NCBI RefSeq assembly: GCF_028641065.1 | Contig: NC_073409.1 | Location: 434,001-498,000 of the forward strand | Direction: 5' to 3' | From: Leucoraja erinacea | Taxonomy: Eukaryota | DNA length: 64,000 nt | Position numbers and translations under genes: made by a program | The notes under the pieces: model-generated | The model's input: only the letters and a program-made list of their open reading frames with translations | What the model was told of the DNA's origin: nothing | Databases searched by the model: none | Shown here: one piece after another, positions 38,301 through 49,732 of the stretch | Position numbering within the stretch: the first letter of the stretch is position 1 | Layout of the letters: every line of letters starts with the position of its first letter

Positions 38301-41300
38301 ACTATCCAAAACTTTTATTTTAACTGGACATACAGATATATTGAGCCAGATTGGAAGATACCACATGCCAAACATGTATTGACTTCTTGCTCTGCAACTC
38401 ACTGTCTTCTCACTAACTCAATCACTGCCACTCCACTGCTTTCTGAATTATACTTGGCTACCTCCCTGACATCTACTGACTGCTCCAGTCATTGCCCCTT
38501 TCTGGTATACTTGCACATCATTGGTGTTTGTTTCCACCTTGCTATGGTTGTGCCCTGAAGTATTGCATCCAGTTATACAGGGACTGACCTGGATCCACTA
38601 GTACAGTATATCTGGCTCTATGGACCTGGCTCTTTACTTGAGGGCAGAGGAGACCTGCCTGATGTGGCGCTCTTGACTGATCCTTGGATTCTCATCTGTA
38701 TCGTGATAAAGTGAAAACCTTGTTTTAAGTACAACAGATCATGCAGAGAGAAAATAATATAGTGCAGAGTGGAGAAGATAGTGTTGGAATGTTATATCTT
38801 TAGTCTCTGGTCTAGGGCCTGGCATTGGTGGCCCTACAGGCTTGACAAAGCAGCAGAGGAGGTGAAATCCCTGCTTGGTTCTTTAACCAGAGTCTCCACA
38901 AAACTTTCTTGCTCCCCATCTATTTAACATGGCTGGTAAGGGCTGGGATAATTCCCAGAACTATTGACAAATCTTTGGTGCAGATAGCTTAGTGAGCACC
39001 CAGATGGTCCAAGACAGACAAGTGCAGGCTTGTCAGAGGCCGAACCAACCTAATCTCTCCTCGTACATCAGTCCTGCCGTGCCGACAAAAATTCCTGAAC
39101 CTTCTGCTCAACAGCCTAACCGATAAAGGCAAGTGTACCATAAGTCTTCTTTCCCATTCTATTTACATGTGTCACCACTTTCAGGGAGTTATAGACTTGG
39201 TCCCTGTGCATTAATGCCGTTAAGGGTCTTGGCATTAACTGTATATTTTCCCCTTACATTTGACCTTTCAACTCTATGCACATTTGTTTGAATTAAACTC
39301 CAGAGGTGAATCTGTAGAATTGTGTATCACAAGAAGCAGTGGAAGTCATTAAATATCATTAAATATATCCAGGAAGATGGTAGACACGGCCCTTGTGCCA
39401 AAGAGATTAATGAATGTAGGGAGGGTACTGTGACCAGCCATGAATGTGTTGAATGGTGGACCAGGTGCAAGGGGCCGAGTGGCCTACTCTTCCTCCTATT
39501 TTCTGTGTTTCTACATTTCAATGAATAAATTCCCGACGATTATTATTTAAGCTTTATTTCACATTGGAGAACATTGCTTGCATTAACCAATAGTTGCTTT
39601 TCTGCCTTATTTAGACTGAGCTCGCCAAAAATGCTGATGGGCATATTCATTTTGGGGACGAAGTGTTACTTATAAATCCAGGCAGCGACCAGAATCATCC
39701 CAGCGATCTGCTTCGTGCCCCCATGGCACTGACAATGAACATTGATCAAAGCAGATTTATGGCTAGCAAACAAGTTGATTCTCCATGTGATGTAAGCGGC
39801 AGTGAGAACATAACCCCTTGCGTGAGAAATACTTTTATTATCACAAGGTAGGTCTAGTCTTTAACAACATTGTGTTAATTTTGTGTAAATAACATTCCTT
39901 CTGCACTTTATGACAAAAGTGGCTGTTTTCCTGAGCAGCCAATATATGTTTTTAATATAACATTTTCTTTACACTAATACATAGTGAAAAGAAAACTGTA
40001 GATGCTGGAAATCTCAAAAAGCACAGAAAGTGCTGGAGATACTCAGCAGGTTAGGCCACTTTGGGAAGAGAAATAGAGTTATTAGACTCTGAAGAAGGGT
40101 CTCGACCCGAAACATTGCCCATTCCTTCTCTCCAGAGATGCTGCCTGTCCCACTGAGTTACTCCAGCATTTTGTGTCTACCTTCGATTTAAACCAGCATC
40201 TGCAGTTATTTCTTACACATTAAATGAATGAATATGGCTATGTAAACATGCAAAAGGTGAACATAAATTGATATTGTTATACAGCACATTATCGTCCATG
40301 ACCATTCAACAGGTGTCACTCTACTAGTGAAACTAATCTTGACAATGCCAACCTGGTGTAAAAGATCTGTAAATCTGAATCAGACACTTTCTTGAGGTGA
40401 TAATAAAGGGATACAGGATGTGGACTTGTGTAGGGGAGAGAGGGATTGCAAGGGTTACTTGAAATTAGAGAAATCAATGTCCATACCGCTGGGTTGTAAA
40501 TTGTCCAAGCGAAAAATGAGGTGTTGTCGTTCAATTTGTGTTTGGCCTCACTCTGACAGTGGAGGAGACCCGGGACAGAAATGTCAGACCTGCACAGCCT
40601 GCAAACATGCATGTCTTTGGAATGTTTGAGGAAACCGGAGTACCTGGAGAAAACCCACGCAGTCACTGAATCAAACCTGGGTCTCTGGCGCTGTAAAGCA
40701 GCAACTCTACCACTGTAGGTACACATAAATGCTGGAGATACTCAGCGGGTGCAGCAGCATCTATGGAGTGAAGGAAATAGGCGACGTTTCGGGCCGAAAC
40801 CCTTCTTCACTTGAAGGGTTCACTTCACTTCAGAAGGCCGAAACCCTTCTTGACTTGTCTTAACTTACAAAGCTAATTGATCAAATGAATTGCAACATTA
40901 TTTTTTATTGATTTAATGATAACTTTGTACATTGTTTGTGTTTCACATACTCACTAACTTTTATTTCTATCAGTGTTGATGGTAGTTGCAAAGGTGATCC
41001 TCTTCGATATGGACAGAACTTTACCCTTAGAACATTGGAGGGGGTCGCAGGACAGGTAACAATACAAACAGTCACTTTCTGATGGTTTCAAAAATATAAC
41101 ATGATATTTTGTAATAAAGCAATTAGATATTTGGAAGAAAAGGTGAGGGAAACAATTGTGATTGCTTCATGATGTCTCATGATCATTGCACTGAAATACA
41201 AATGCTTCTTCTCTTCCAGCTATTTCTGACAAGTGATATGAAATTATTTTTAAAATTTGCCAAGAAGTCTCGGATGCAACTAGTGCATTTGATAGATCAG

Positions 41301-43847
41301 CTCTCCTTCCTGAGTTGCTGGCAGGTTTTGTACCTGGACCCACAGATGCGACTTGAGTACGATGGATACCCAGTACCAGTATGGACATTTTATCATTGAA
41401 AATCCTTCTTTCAGCTTAACTTTGTAATAAAGAGTAAAAGTGTTCACTGTTTAAACTTTAGATTAAATGTGTAGAACAATCCCAGGTTAGCAGTTCTGTA
41501 GGTTAGCCTGATAAGTTGTGTTACCTCACAGCTGGGTATGATCCTGATAGCACCGGCTTCTGTGATGGGTTGGATTTCCTACATTATGAAGACATGCTGG
41601 TTGATAGGTAATTGGCTGCTGCAAATGATTCTAAATGTAGGTGTGCGATAGGGAGAATCAGTTGGTGAGTACATTAGAGAAAATAGTCTGAAGGGAAAAT
41701 AAATGGGGAAATGAGATTGTGTAGCAAGGAACTGCAGATGCTGGTTTAAACCAAAGATATACACAAAGTCTGAAGAATGGTATCAACCCGAAACATCACC
41801 CATTCCTTCTATCTAGATATGCTGCTTGGCCCGCTGAGTTACTCCAGCTTGTTGTGTCTATCTATTGCTCAGAGAGCCAGCATAGTCTCAATGGACTAAA
41901 TGGCCTTCTCCAATGTTGTAGGAAACATGACATTAAAAATAAATTGGATAGTTATATGGATGGAAAGGGAATGGAGGGTTATGGTCTGAGCGCAGGTATA
42001 TGGGACTAGGGGAGATTATGTGTTTGGCACGGACTAGAAGGGTCGAGATGGCCTGTTTCCGTGCTATAATTGTTATATGGTTATATGGTTATAATGTAGC
42101 ACATATATGTAATCTATCTCATCACTCTGTGCTGAACGTTATATGGATCTAGTTGAAAGCTTTCAGTGCTACAGAAGAGTTTGGTCTTTGATAAAATATT
42201 AGTGTTTTTTGTTGATTTCCAAAGATTGAGTGATTTCCTTTATTTTGCAATGTCTGTGGCTTTGATGCATTCTTCAATACTTCCCTGGCATCAAGAATCT
42301 CTGCTGGGCAAATATTAGTTTAGTTTAGAGATACAGTGTGGAAACATGCCCTTCAGCCCACCGAGTCCACACCGACCAGCGATCACCCGCACACTAGTTA
42401 TATCCCAGACACAAGGGCCAATTAACAGAAGCCAATTAACCTACAAACCTGTACGTCTTTGGAGTGTCGGAGGAAACCGGAGCACTCGGAGAAAACCCAC
42501 GCAGTCATGGGGAGAACGTACAAACTCCGTACGGACAGCAACCGTAGTCAGGATCGAACACGGGTCTCTGGCGCTGTAAGGCAGCAACTCTACCACTGTG
42601 CCACCTGCTAAGGGATTTTTACAGGCATAATGAGGATACCAAGATAAAGACATCTATCTGGGTATTCTTCAATCTTTCCTTGAGAATTAAACAATGTCTT
42701 TGATATGAATAGCTACTTTGCCAATCTTCTTTGGACATTTTCCAATGTGCTCGTATCTCTTCATGCTGTAGAACTATACACTATAAACTATCCGTCTAGA
42801 TCTAAATAAGATGCATCGTTTGTTTTTCCGGTGGCGTTGGTATCATGTGATTTTTTTTTTAACTTCTGATTTTCTAGGCTAACATAAAAGTACTTATCAA
42901 CCATGCCCGAACCAATCAAGCTTTAGCAGTTTTTCAGCAGCACTCCTTTTGGTAAGTATTACTTCACAAAGTACAGCAAAATTGTACGAGTTTTCAGAGT
43001 TTCAAATTATTATTTTCAAATAATTATTTTAAACTTTTATATTAAGGTCATAAGTGATAGGAGTAGATTTAGGCCATTCGGCCCATCAAGTCTACTCCGC
43101 CATTCAATCATGGCTGATCTATCTTTCCCTCTCAACACCAATCTCCTGTCTTCTCTCCATTACCCTTGACACCCTACTAATCAAGAATCTGTCAATCTCT
43201 GCCTTAAAAATACCCAAAGACTTGGCCTCCACTGCTGTTTGTGGCAATGAATCTCACAAGTTCATGATCCACTGACTAAAGAAATTCCTCCTCATCTCCT
43301 TTGTAAACATACATCCTTTTATTCTAAGGCTGTGCTCTCTAGTCCTAGATTCACCCACTAATGGAAACATCCTCTCCACATCCACTCTATCCAGGCCTTT
43401 CATTACTCGGTAAGTTTCAGTGAGGTCCCCCTCATCCTCAGTATTGATACATCAGAAACTACCACAAAACCTGTCATAACGGCCCATCTTGTCCGTCTAT
43501 TTAAATGAATGGTGGAGCCGTGTGAGTCCAGTCCAGTGAGGATAAACTTTACTTCCATCAAAACTCTTAAGCTCGTGCAATAAGATATTAAATAATCGAA
43601 CCGAAATTCAGCAGCAATATTTTCTGCGTTTTGCAGGACAATGTTTGGAAAAGAACATGAAATTACCACTCACACCTTCTTTGATCCCCATCGGGCTGAA
43701 GAAGACCTGAACCATTGGATAATTGTCACTGGGGACCCAGGTGTTCCCCACGGCACCTTGTTTCAAAGGCCTCCACCTATTTGTCAAGACCCAGAACCAA
43801 AGAAAGAGCCCAGCCAGGAGTATCCCGACTGCATCAATCAAAAATGA
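32214..43847 (+). CDS. CFAP161: Cilia- and flagella-associated protein 161; 7 coding exons join(32214..32282,36657..36746,39615..39847,40974..41055,41220..41378,42878..42951,43637..43847), 918 nt, 305 aa
   Basis: The manually spliced ORF has GT-AG introns with compatible phases (0,0,2,0,0,2). The translation MGERTYNSSVLLHNWFEDIALDQ/DVLKDFINRKERGELL.../DGHIHFGDEVLLINP...RNTFIIT/...LRYGQNF.../...CWQVLYLDPQMRLEYDGYPVP/ANIKVLINHARTNQAL.../..FGKEHEITTHTFFDPHRAE..NHWIIVTGDP is colinear with recalled human CFAP161 (GNWNED, DGYIHYGDKV, RNTFIIL, LRYGQDF, DPQLRLEYEGFPVP, ANAKILINHCHTN, FGKEAEV, NHWMLVTGNP). Confidence 0.96.
32333..32835. repeat. C-rich low-complexity tract at the start of CFAP161 intron 1
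   Basis: ~500 bp of mostly C/T with recurrent cccctcacc; explains the poly-Pro ORFs. Confidence 0.9.
34297..34650 (-). mobile_element. CR1/HER1-type LINE 3' end (CFAP161 intron 1)
   Basis: Closely similar to 23036-23387. Confidence 0.88.
35060..35276 (+). mobile_element. HE1-like SINE, 5'-truncated
   Basis: V-domain present; tail gggcctgtttctacgctaaactaaac. Confidence 0.8.
36657..36746 (+). CDS. CFAP161: CFAP161 coding exon 2 (DVLKDFINRKERGELLMQKLGSFKDDLLNK)
   Basis: Acceptor ttgcag|GAT, donor AAG|gtgacc; 90 nt; resembles ELMKDFLEKRDKGKLLIQ of the human protein. Confidence 0.93.
37276..37535. repeat. 15-bp minisatellite (cctactacctacctg / cctagtacctacctg)n
   Basis: Directly visible tandem repeat in CFAP161 intron 2. 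Confidence 0.92.
39615..39847 (+). CDS. CFAP161: CFAP161 coding exon 3 (TELAKNADGHIHFGDEVLLINP...CVRNTFIIT)
   Basis: Acceptor atttag|ACT, donor AG|gtaggt; 233 nt, ends in phase 2. Confidence 0.94.
40415..40590 (-). mobile_element. Penelope GIY-YIG C-terminal remnant
   Basis: Translation SDISVPGLLHCQSEAKHKL, then a frameshifted continuation; homologous to 22820-22890. Confidence 0.7.
40974..41055 (+). CDS. CFAP161: CFAP161 coding exon 4 (SVDGSCKGDPLRYGQNFTLRTLEGVAGQ)
   Basis: Branch-like ctaac and pyrimidine tract, acceptor tatcag|T, donor CAG|gtaaca; 82 nt. Confidence 0.93.
41220..41378 (+). CDS. CFAP161: CFAP161 coding exon 5 (LFLTSDMKLFLKFAKKSRMQLV...LEYDGYPVP)
   Basis: Acceptor cttctcttccag|CTA, donor CCA|gtatgg; 159 nt. 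Confidence 0.93.
42315..42605 (-). mobile_element. HE1-like SINE (CFAP161 intron 5)
   Basis: ttagtttagtttagagatacag...ggaggaaaccggagcactcggagaaaacccac...ggatcgaac...gcagcaactctaccactgtgccacc. Confidence 0.87.
42878..42951 (+). CDS. CFAP161: CFAP161 coding exon 6 (ANIKVLINHARTNQALAVFQQHSF)
   Basis: Acceptor ttttctag|GCT, donor TG|gtaagt; 74 nt, ends in phase 2. Confidence 0.93.
43048..43440 (-). mobile_element. CR1/HER1-type LINE 3' end (CFAP161 intron 6)
   Basis: Homologous to 13525-13880. Confidence 0.85.
43637..43847 (+). CDS. CFAP161: CFAP161 coding exon 7 (WTMFGKEHEITTHTFFDPHRAEEDLNHWIIVTGDP...NQK*)
   Basis: Acceptor tttgcag|G, TGA stop at 43845-43847; matches ORF 43641..43847. Confidence 0.93.
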
Positions 43848-44164
43848 AGTTTATTGTCCACAAAATGAGCTAACATACCTTATGATCTACCAAGATTCAT
43901 TCAAACATAAAGGTATCAGTTCCCCTTCCCCAACCTGAATTAGTCTTTAACCAACAACACAATTCTGTATGTGAGCTTCCTGTATGTAGAATGTTGAATA
44001 TAACCAATCAGGAAATGTTGATGGAAGTTACACATTTCTCCAACGTGTGCAGAATGTGATGTCCACTGTTACCAAAACCCATCAAGGAATGAGAGGCAAC
44101 GTTTAAAATATTAACCACTATATTCTTTAAGTAAACCAACTAATTGTACTTGTTCTCTACTTTC

Positions 44165-44183
44165 ATTAAAATATCTAAATAAA
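44165..44183 (+). terminator. Candidate CFAP161 polyadenylation signals (ATTAAA 44165-44170, AATAAA 44178-44183)
   Basis: Hexamers lie ~320 nt after the stop codon in AT-rich unique sequence. Confidence 0.5.
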
Positions 44184-47100
44184 CATCAAGTAAATTTATT
44201 AAAATGGGGTCAGGTTTGTGGACTTGACTCTGTCAATAATGGAATTCATTCTAATTCTCATTATCATCTTAAACCTAAAGTACAAATAATCAGAGTGCAG
44301 ATGATGGAGTCTCGAGCAAAAAACAAATTGCTGGAAGAACTCTGTGAATGAGGCAGCATCTGTGGAAGGAAATGGAAAGACAATAGTTTGGGACAGGACC
44401 CATCTTCTCGACCCAAAATCCATTTCCCTCCACATCTTCCTTGATCTGTTGAGTTCCTCCAACAATTTGTTTTTTCTTCAAATGATCAATTAGGTATTTA
44501 GCTGCAGTTTTGATTTAAGTGAGATCACATGGCCATGCCACCCACAGCCCTCCGCTCTCTTCAGCTCATCTACTGCAGTTAATTGTGTGGGCCATAGGGA
44601 GGGCAGGTTTGACTGCATGAAAGGAAAACACAACATTTTTTGCTATTTAACCCATTGAGCATGCATTTCCAAATGCACAAAAAATGGCACACATTCAGGT
44701 TTTTCATTCCAGCTAGTCCACGGGAATGTTGATACTTCACACACAGCTTTCTGGTATTTATCAGGCATCGTTTAAGAAACATTTAGACCGGTACATGGAT
44801 AGGACAGGTTTAGAGGGATGTGGGCCAAACGCAGGCAGGTGGGACAAGTGTAGATGGGACTTGTTGGTCGGTGTGGGCAAGTTGGGCCGAAGGGCCTGTT
44901 GCCACGCTGACTAAAACTCTATGACTCTAGTGTTTTTCTGTCTTTCATCCGATTCAAGAGCTCTTGGGGCTAGCAGAATTAAGGGGTATGGGGAGAGCCA
45001 AGCACAGGTTACTGATTGTGGATGATCAGCCATGATCACAGTGAATGGCGGTGCTGGCTAGAAGGGCCAAATGGCCTACTCCTGCACCTATTTTCTATGT
45101 TTCTAAGTGCATCTATCTGATTGACCTCAAGTGTGCCTTATGAAATCAAGTTTCAAACAGTGAATATCCTTTGGGCAAAGTTCTGCTGAATTCCCCATTT
45201 GGTTTATTAGAGACTAGTTTACAATAATAGCCTGAAGCATTTGACTTCCCATAAGTGGAGGAGAGCTCCCTCAAGATAGCATTGGGAATCCAGTCAGCAC
45301 CTTGTGCCCACACATGAATCCACATTCCTCTAATTCAGGCACCAGTGGTTCTAACTCAATCCAGATTGACGGTTGAGTAAGAAGGCAGTGAGAGCATTTA
45401 TAATAACAATTGCAGCAGCACATGTTGGAAGTTATGGAACCAGAATATCTGCAGCACAGTCGACTTTGCCAAATCTAGAGCAAGCTCAAACCAAGCCCTT
45501 GACCCTGCAGCCTGGCTCTTCAAGTTCTCGCCCATCTCTGAGGCATCTTCGGTTCTCTGCTCCCGAAGGTGATAGAGGTCGATATGTTTGAGGTGGGGAT
45601 GGATAAATATTTGGGAGATCAATGAATTGAGGGTTATGGGGGAAGGAGCTGACCCCAGCACTGATCAGCTATAGTCTCATTCAAGAATGGGGCAGTCTTA
45701 AAGGGCCTGGGGGGGCAACTCCTGCTCCTATAGTCTTGTACTATTGTTTAAACTTGAGAGTTCCTGCCACTATCATCCTTTCATGCAGCGACCTCCTAAC
45801 TCGTAACGCTCCTCTGAGTATCAAAACTTCCTGACCTTCGAGTCCTTTTATCAATGACTTTTATCCATCCCCCATTGTTTTTGATCTCTCTGTTATAGGA
45901 ATTAGGTCCTGCCTCTTTACTCAAGATGTTTCCACGTGGTTTTATACGCCTCGATTAAGTACCCCTTCCACCTTCTCTGTTCCAAGGAAAGTGGCTTAGC
46001 TTATCTAAAACTCCCCATAGTTAAATGTATCTAGTTTGGCAGCAATCTCATGAATCACCTCTGTACCACTTTCTAGTGATGTGGTGACTTGGAACTGTGT
46101 ACTTTACTCAGACCGTGACCCAATTAGTGTCGCGAGTTTCAGCAGAACCGCCCAGCTCCTGCAATCTGTGGCTCAACTAATGAAGGACCATATCCCTGAG
46201 ACTTTTCTAAAACACCTTATTGGGCAGGTCAGGGAAGTTTAAAAGTAGTTGATGACTTTCTTTTGAGAGTGTTGTGTCCTTATCCATTTGTCATCTTACA
46301 CGATAGAGCAGATGAGACAAATCTGCAAAGATTTCCCGATTCATTCTGAGCCTTTGGGGAGATCATTTGTTTAGTGATGTCTCTAACCTGACATGGGGAT
46401 CATGGTGTGTGTGTGCAATTAAGTGAGAGGTAACAAGCCTGCAATAATGCATAAATGTAGAAACAGAACTGCAGATGCTGCTTAATACACAACATACGCA
46501 GAGTGCAGTAGCAATTCAAGGTAGCATCTCTGGAGAAAATGGATAGGTGAAGTTTTGGGTTGGGATCTGTCTTCAGACTCGACCCAATAGGGTATTTATC
46601 CATGTTCTCTAGGATGATGTCTGACCCGCTGAGTTACTCCAGCACTTTGTGTCCTCGCCTGCAATAATGCATGGTGCATTTGCATAATTACACAATGTAT
46701 AAATGTTAATGAGACTCTATTTGTTATCAAGCCACTGATAAGCAAGGCTATGCCTGATTGATTCAGTAATAGGGAACAGTGAAATGGAGGAAGACATAAC
46801 ATTTAGATGCGGATTTGAGAGCTAAGGTGAACTAATGTCTTCTAATAAATCCCCCTTGAGGTGGATGCAGTTAAAAAGGAGCACCTAGCAATTTATGGAC
46901 CCAAATGGGATTATAAATTAAACTCCGTGTTTGTTGAGTCTCTGTTCTTCATTCCGTATTTCAAATACAGTCTACTCTTGTGAATTAACAACTGCTCTGT
47001 GAAGATTTGTTTGTTTTAGCCATATCTGTGTGACATTGGTTGACACTTGTGAAGATTTTTAACAATAAAATCTAATTTCACCAAGGTAAAAGAGATTAGT

Positions 47101-47184
47101 TGTGATCTTGGTGAGATCGGACTTCTCACCTATGTAGGAGCCTTGAGAAGAACTTGTTGGAATTGAAGTGAAATGAACTGCAGT

Positions 47185-47570
47185 TGTGTCCCGACTAGTT
47201 CTGTGGGGTCTGACATACCTCATGAAGCCAAAGTGGTAACTACACACCTTGCCGCAGGTGGGCAGGAGGAAGGGAGCTCCTTTTATGGTTTTTGCTGGAC
47301 TTAGGCATATAGTGTCTGTTTTGTGAGTTGGGTGTCCAGTGTGAGAAAGGGCCTAACAGGCCAACTGGAGGTAATTATGGTATCAACGTTGGGTTGGCTG
47401 GCATTGGTTCATTTATCTTTCCATTGGATTTGGAGGATTTTGTGAAGGAATGTTTGGTGGCAACTTTCTAGAGCTTTGAGGTACTTGCTGAAGATAGTCC
47501 TGATCTTGCAAGAAACAGGAGGCCATGGATCACTGCTGCCCGGTAGATGATAAATGTGACAGGGTTGATC
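47185..47570 (-). mobile_element. Degenerate RTE-clade LINE 3' remnant
   Basis: Minus strand IYRAAVIHGLL (compare RTE VYRAVVLPTLL) and PTCGKVCSYHFGFMRYVRPH (compare the terminal CPxCGRxCxSRIGLxSH motif). Confidence 0.55.
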
Positions 47571-48304
47571 TTTGCCTCCCCACACCTTCTTACCTTGGAT
47601 GGTAAATAACTGAGGACTATGAGCTGCTCCCTGGGCACCCTGCCTGTTACCTCCTTCCTGTCTGACAAAGAGCTATTTATTCCCACTCAATCCATGCTAA
47701 CAAAGCCATGATACCTAACCGTAAGCACCAGCCTTCTACGTACCACCTCTGAAATGTCTAAATCTAATATATCTGCAGGTTCCCCTCTCTCGACTTGTTC
47801 TTACTGCAAAGGCAAGGGTATGGTTGTCACTGAGAACAATATGTCTCTCAGGCCATGGACAATGTGCTCTAGTCTTCCTTACAACCACAGGCCATCCATA
47901 ATGAGGACATGGTTGGCATCCGCCAAGATTGTCCCAAAGTCACCATCAATTAAAGGATAGTCTCCAGGTCATAATCCTGGAAAGAAAATCATCCATGCAT
48001 TAAAAATATATTTTGTCAATTCTTGTCTGAAGATTCTGGATGAAACTGTCATAAAGTAATGGAATGGAGAATAAATGACAACAAGGACCATCTAACCAAG
48101 GATCTGCTCATTTCCCAACGACTTTGGGAAAGTGAAACTGAATCATTAGTGGGAGAATGATTGGGGTGGGGGGTAATATGTAGAAACCTCCAGGAGCCTT
48201 TGTAACCTGCAATGCTGATTCCTGTCTATGGCGCAGGAGATGGAGGCGAAAGTGTTGGTTTGGGTCCTTCACATTTGATCCGTGCCAAACAGGTTAACAG
48301 AAGT

Positions 48305-48710
48305 TAGAAACAAGGAACTGCAGGTACTGGTTAATACACAAAGGACACAGAGTGCTGGTGTAACTCAACGGGTCAGGCTGCATCACTGGAGAACACGGAC
48401 AGGGAACGTTTCGGGTCGGGTCCCCTCCTCAAACTGATTGTAGGGTCTAGACCTGAAACGTCACCTATCCATGTTCTCCACAGATGCTGCCTGACCCGCT
48501 GAGTTACTCCAGCATTCTGTGAAATGTCACCTATCCATGTTCTCCACAGATGCTGCCTGACCCACTGAGTTACTCCAGCATTCTGTGAAACGTCACCTAT
48601 CCATGTTCTCCACAGATGCTGCCTGACCCGCTGAGTTACTCCAGCACTCTGTGAAACGTCACCTATCCATGTTCTCCACAGATGCTGCCTGACCCGCTGA
48701 GTTACTCCAG
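48305..48710. repeat. Penelope-derived element followed by an inverted array of four 66-bp units
   Basis: Element at 48305-48440 on the minus strand; tandem units at ~48455-48710. Confidence 0.85.
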
Positions 48711-49415
48711 GTTCAATGAAAAGCTTTTGTTGCATTCTATCCAGTCAGCAGAAGGCAATACATGATTACAATCGAGCTATTTACACTGTATAGATACATG
48801 ATAATGGAATAACGTTTAGTGCAAGGTAAAGCCAGCAAAGTTTGATCAAGGATAGTCGGGGGATCACCAGAAGTAGATGGTAGTTCACCACTGGCTTGTA
48901 ATGTGGGTGCACTATCCCTGCTTTGAGCTGCAGTGTTGCTGGATGAAGCCCAATGCTGACTCGCTTCCAATCACATTTGCAGCATTAACGAACTGAAGGC
49001 ATTTGTCCCACTGCAGCCTCAAGTGTGAAAGTTTCTGTGTAACGGGCTGTCTCACAGCGTGTGGACTCCATAGAAGGCGGCAGGAAGCCCGACTACATTT
49101 ATTTTGGTGCCAGGAGGAAAATATTATTGCAGAATGAGGAATTGATGGTATTTTACTTGAGACTTTTTTATTTGCAGCTTTATGTAAAACCCCTGCAGGA
49201 ATGTTCCAATAAAGAATACTGAAGCCATTCCATAAATAAGGAGTCAGGGTGACATGTAGCAACCTTGTGCGGTTCCCACCAGGGAGTCTGGAGTGAGACA
49301 AGTCACCTGGGCAGAGTATCAGTGGACATAAAAGCACAAAGAACCACTGTTCATAAAACTCTTGATGGAAGCAAGGATTTTCAAGCATGGTCACAACATG
49401 CCCTAACCCATAAAT

Positions 49416-49684
49416 ATGAAATGAAATGAAATGAAATGATTCAATTTATTGTCATTGTCAGTGTACAGTACAGAGACAACGAAATGCATTTTTAGCATCT
49501 CCCTTGAAAGGGAGACACAGGGCGTCGCGGTGTGCCCGCGCCTGCCGCCGTAGTCCATTACAGGCAAAGGTGGGTGAAGTGTCTTGCCCAAGGACACAAC
49601 GACAGTATGCACTCCAAGCGGGATTTGAACCGGCTACCTTCCGGTCGCCAGCCGAACTCTTAGCCCATTGTGCTATCTGTCGTC
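49416..49684 (-). mobile_element. tRNA-derived SINE with a CORE-like motif and a Rex1/Babar-type 3' tail
   Basis: The minus strand shows A box TAGCACAATGG, B box GGTTCAAATCC and gtgtccttgggcaagacactt. The tail gggagatgctaa..tgcatttcgttgtctctgtactgtacactgacaatgacaat matches 20176-20230. It ends in (CATTT)n. Confidence 0.8.
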
Positions 49685-49732
49685 TTCCCCAAAATATCCC
49701 CAAAAGCCACTGTGTGTGTGCACTGTGTCTAG

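Noticed and set aside
41379-42877. Possible U12-type intron (GTAT donor; ttttaac near the acceptor)
   Set aside because: The donor is gtatggac rather than GTATCCTT and there is no TCCTTAAC branch site, so it is treated as an ordinary U2 intron.
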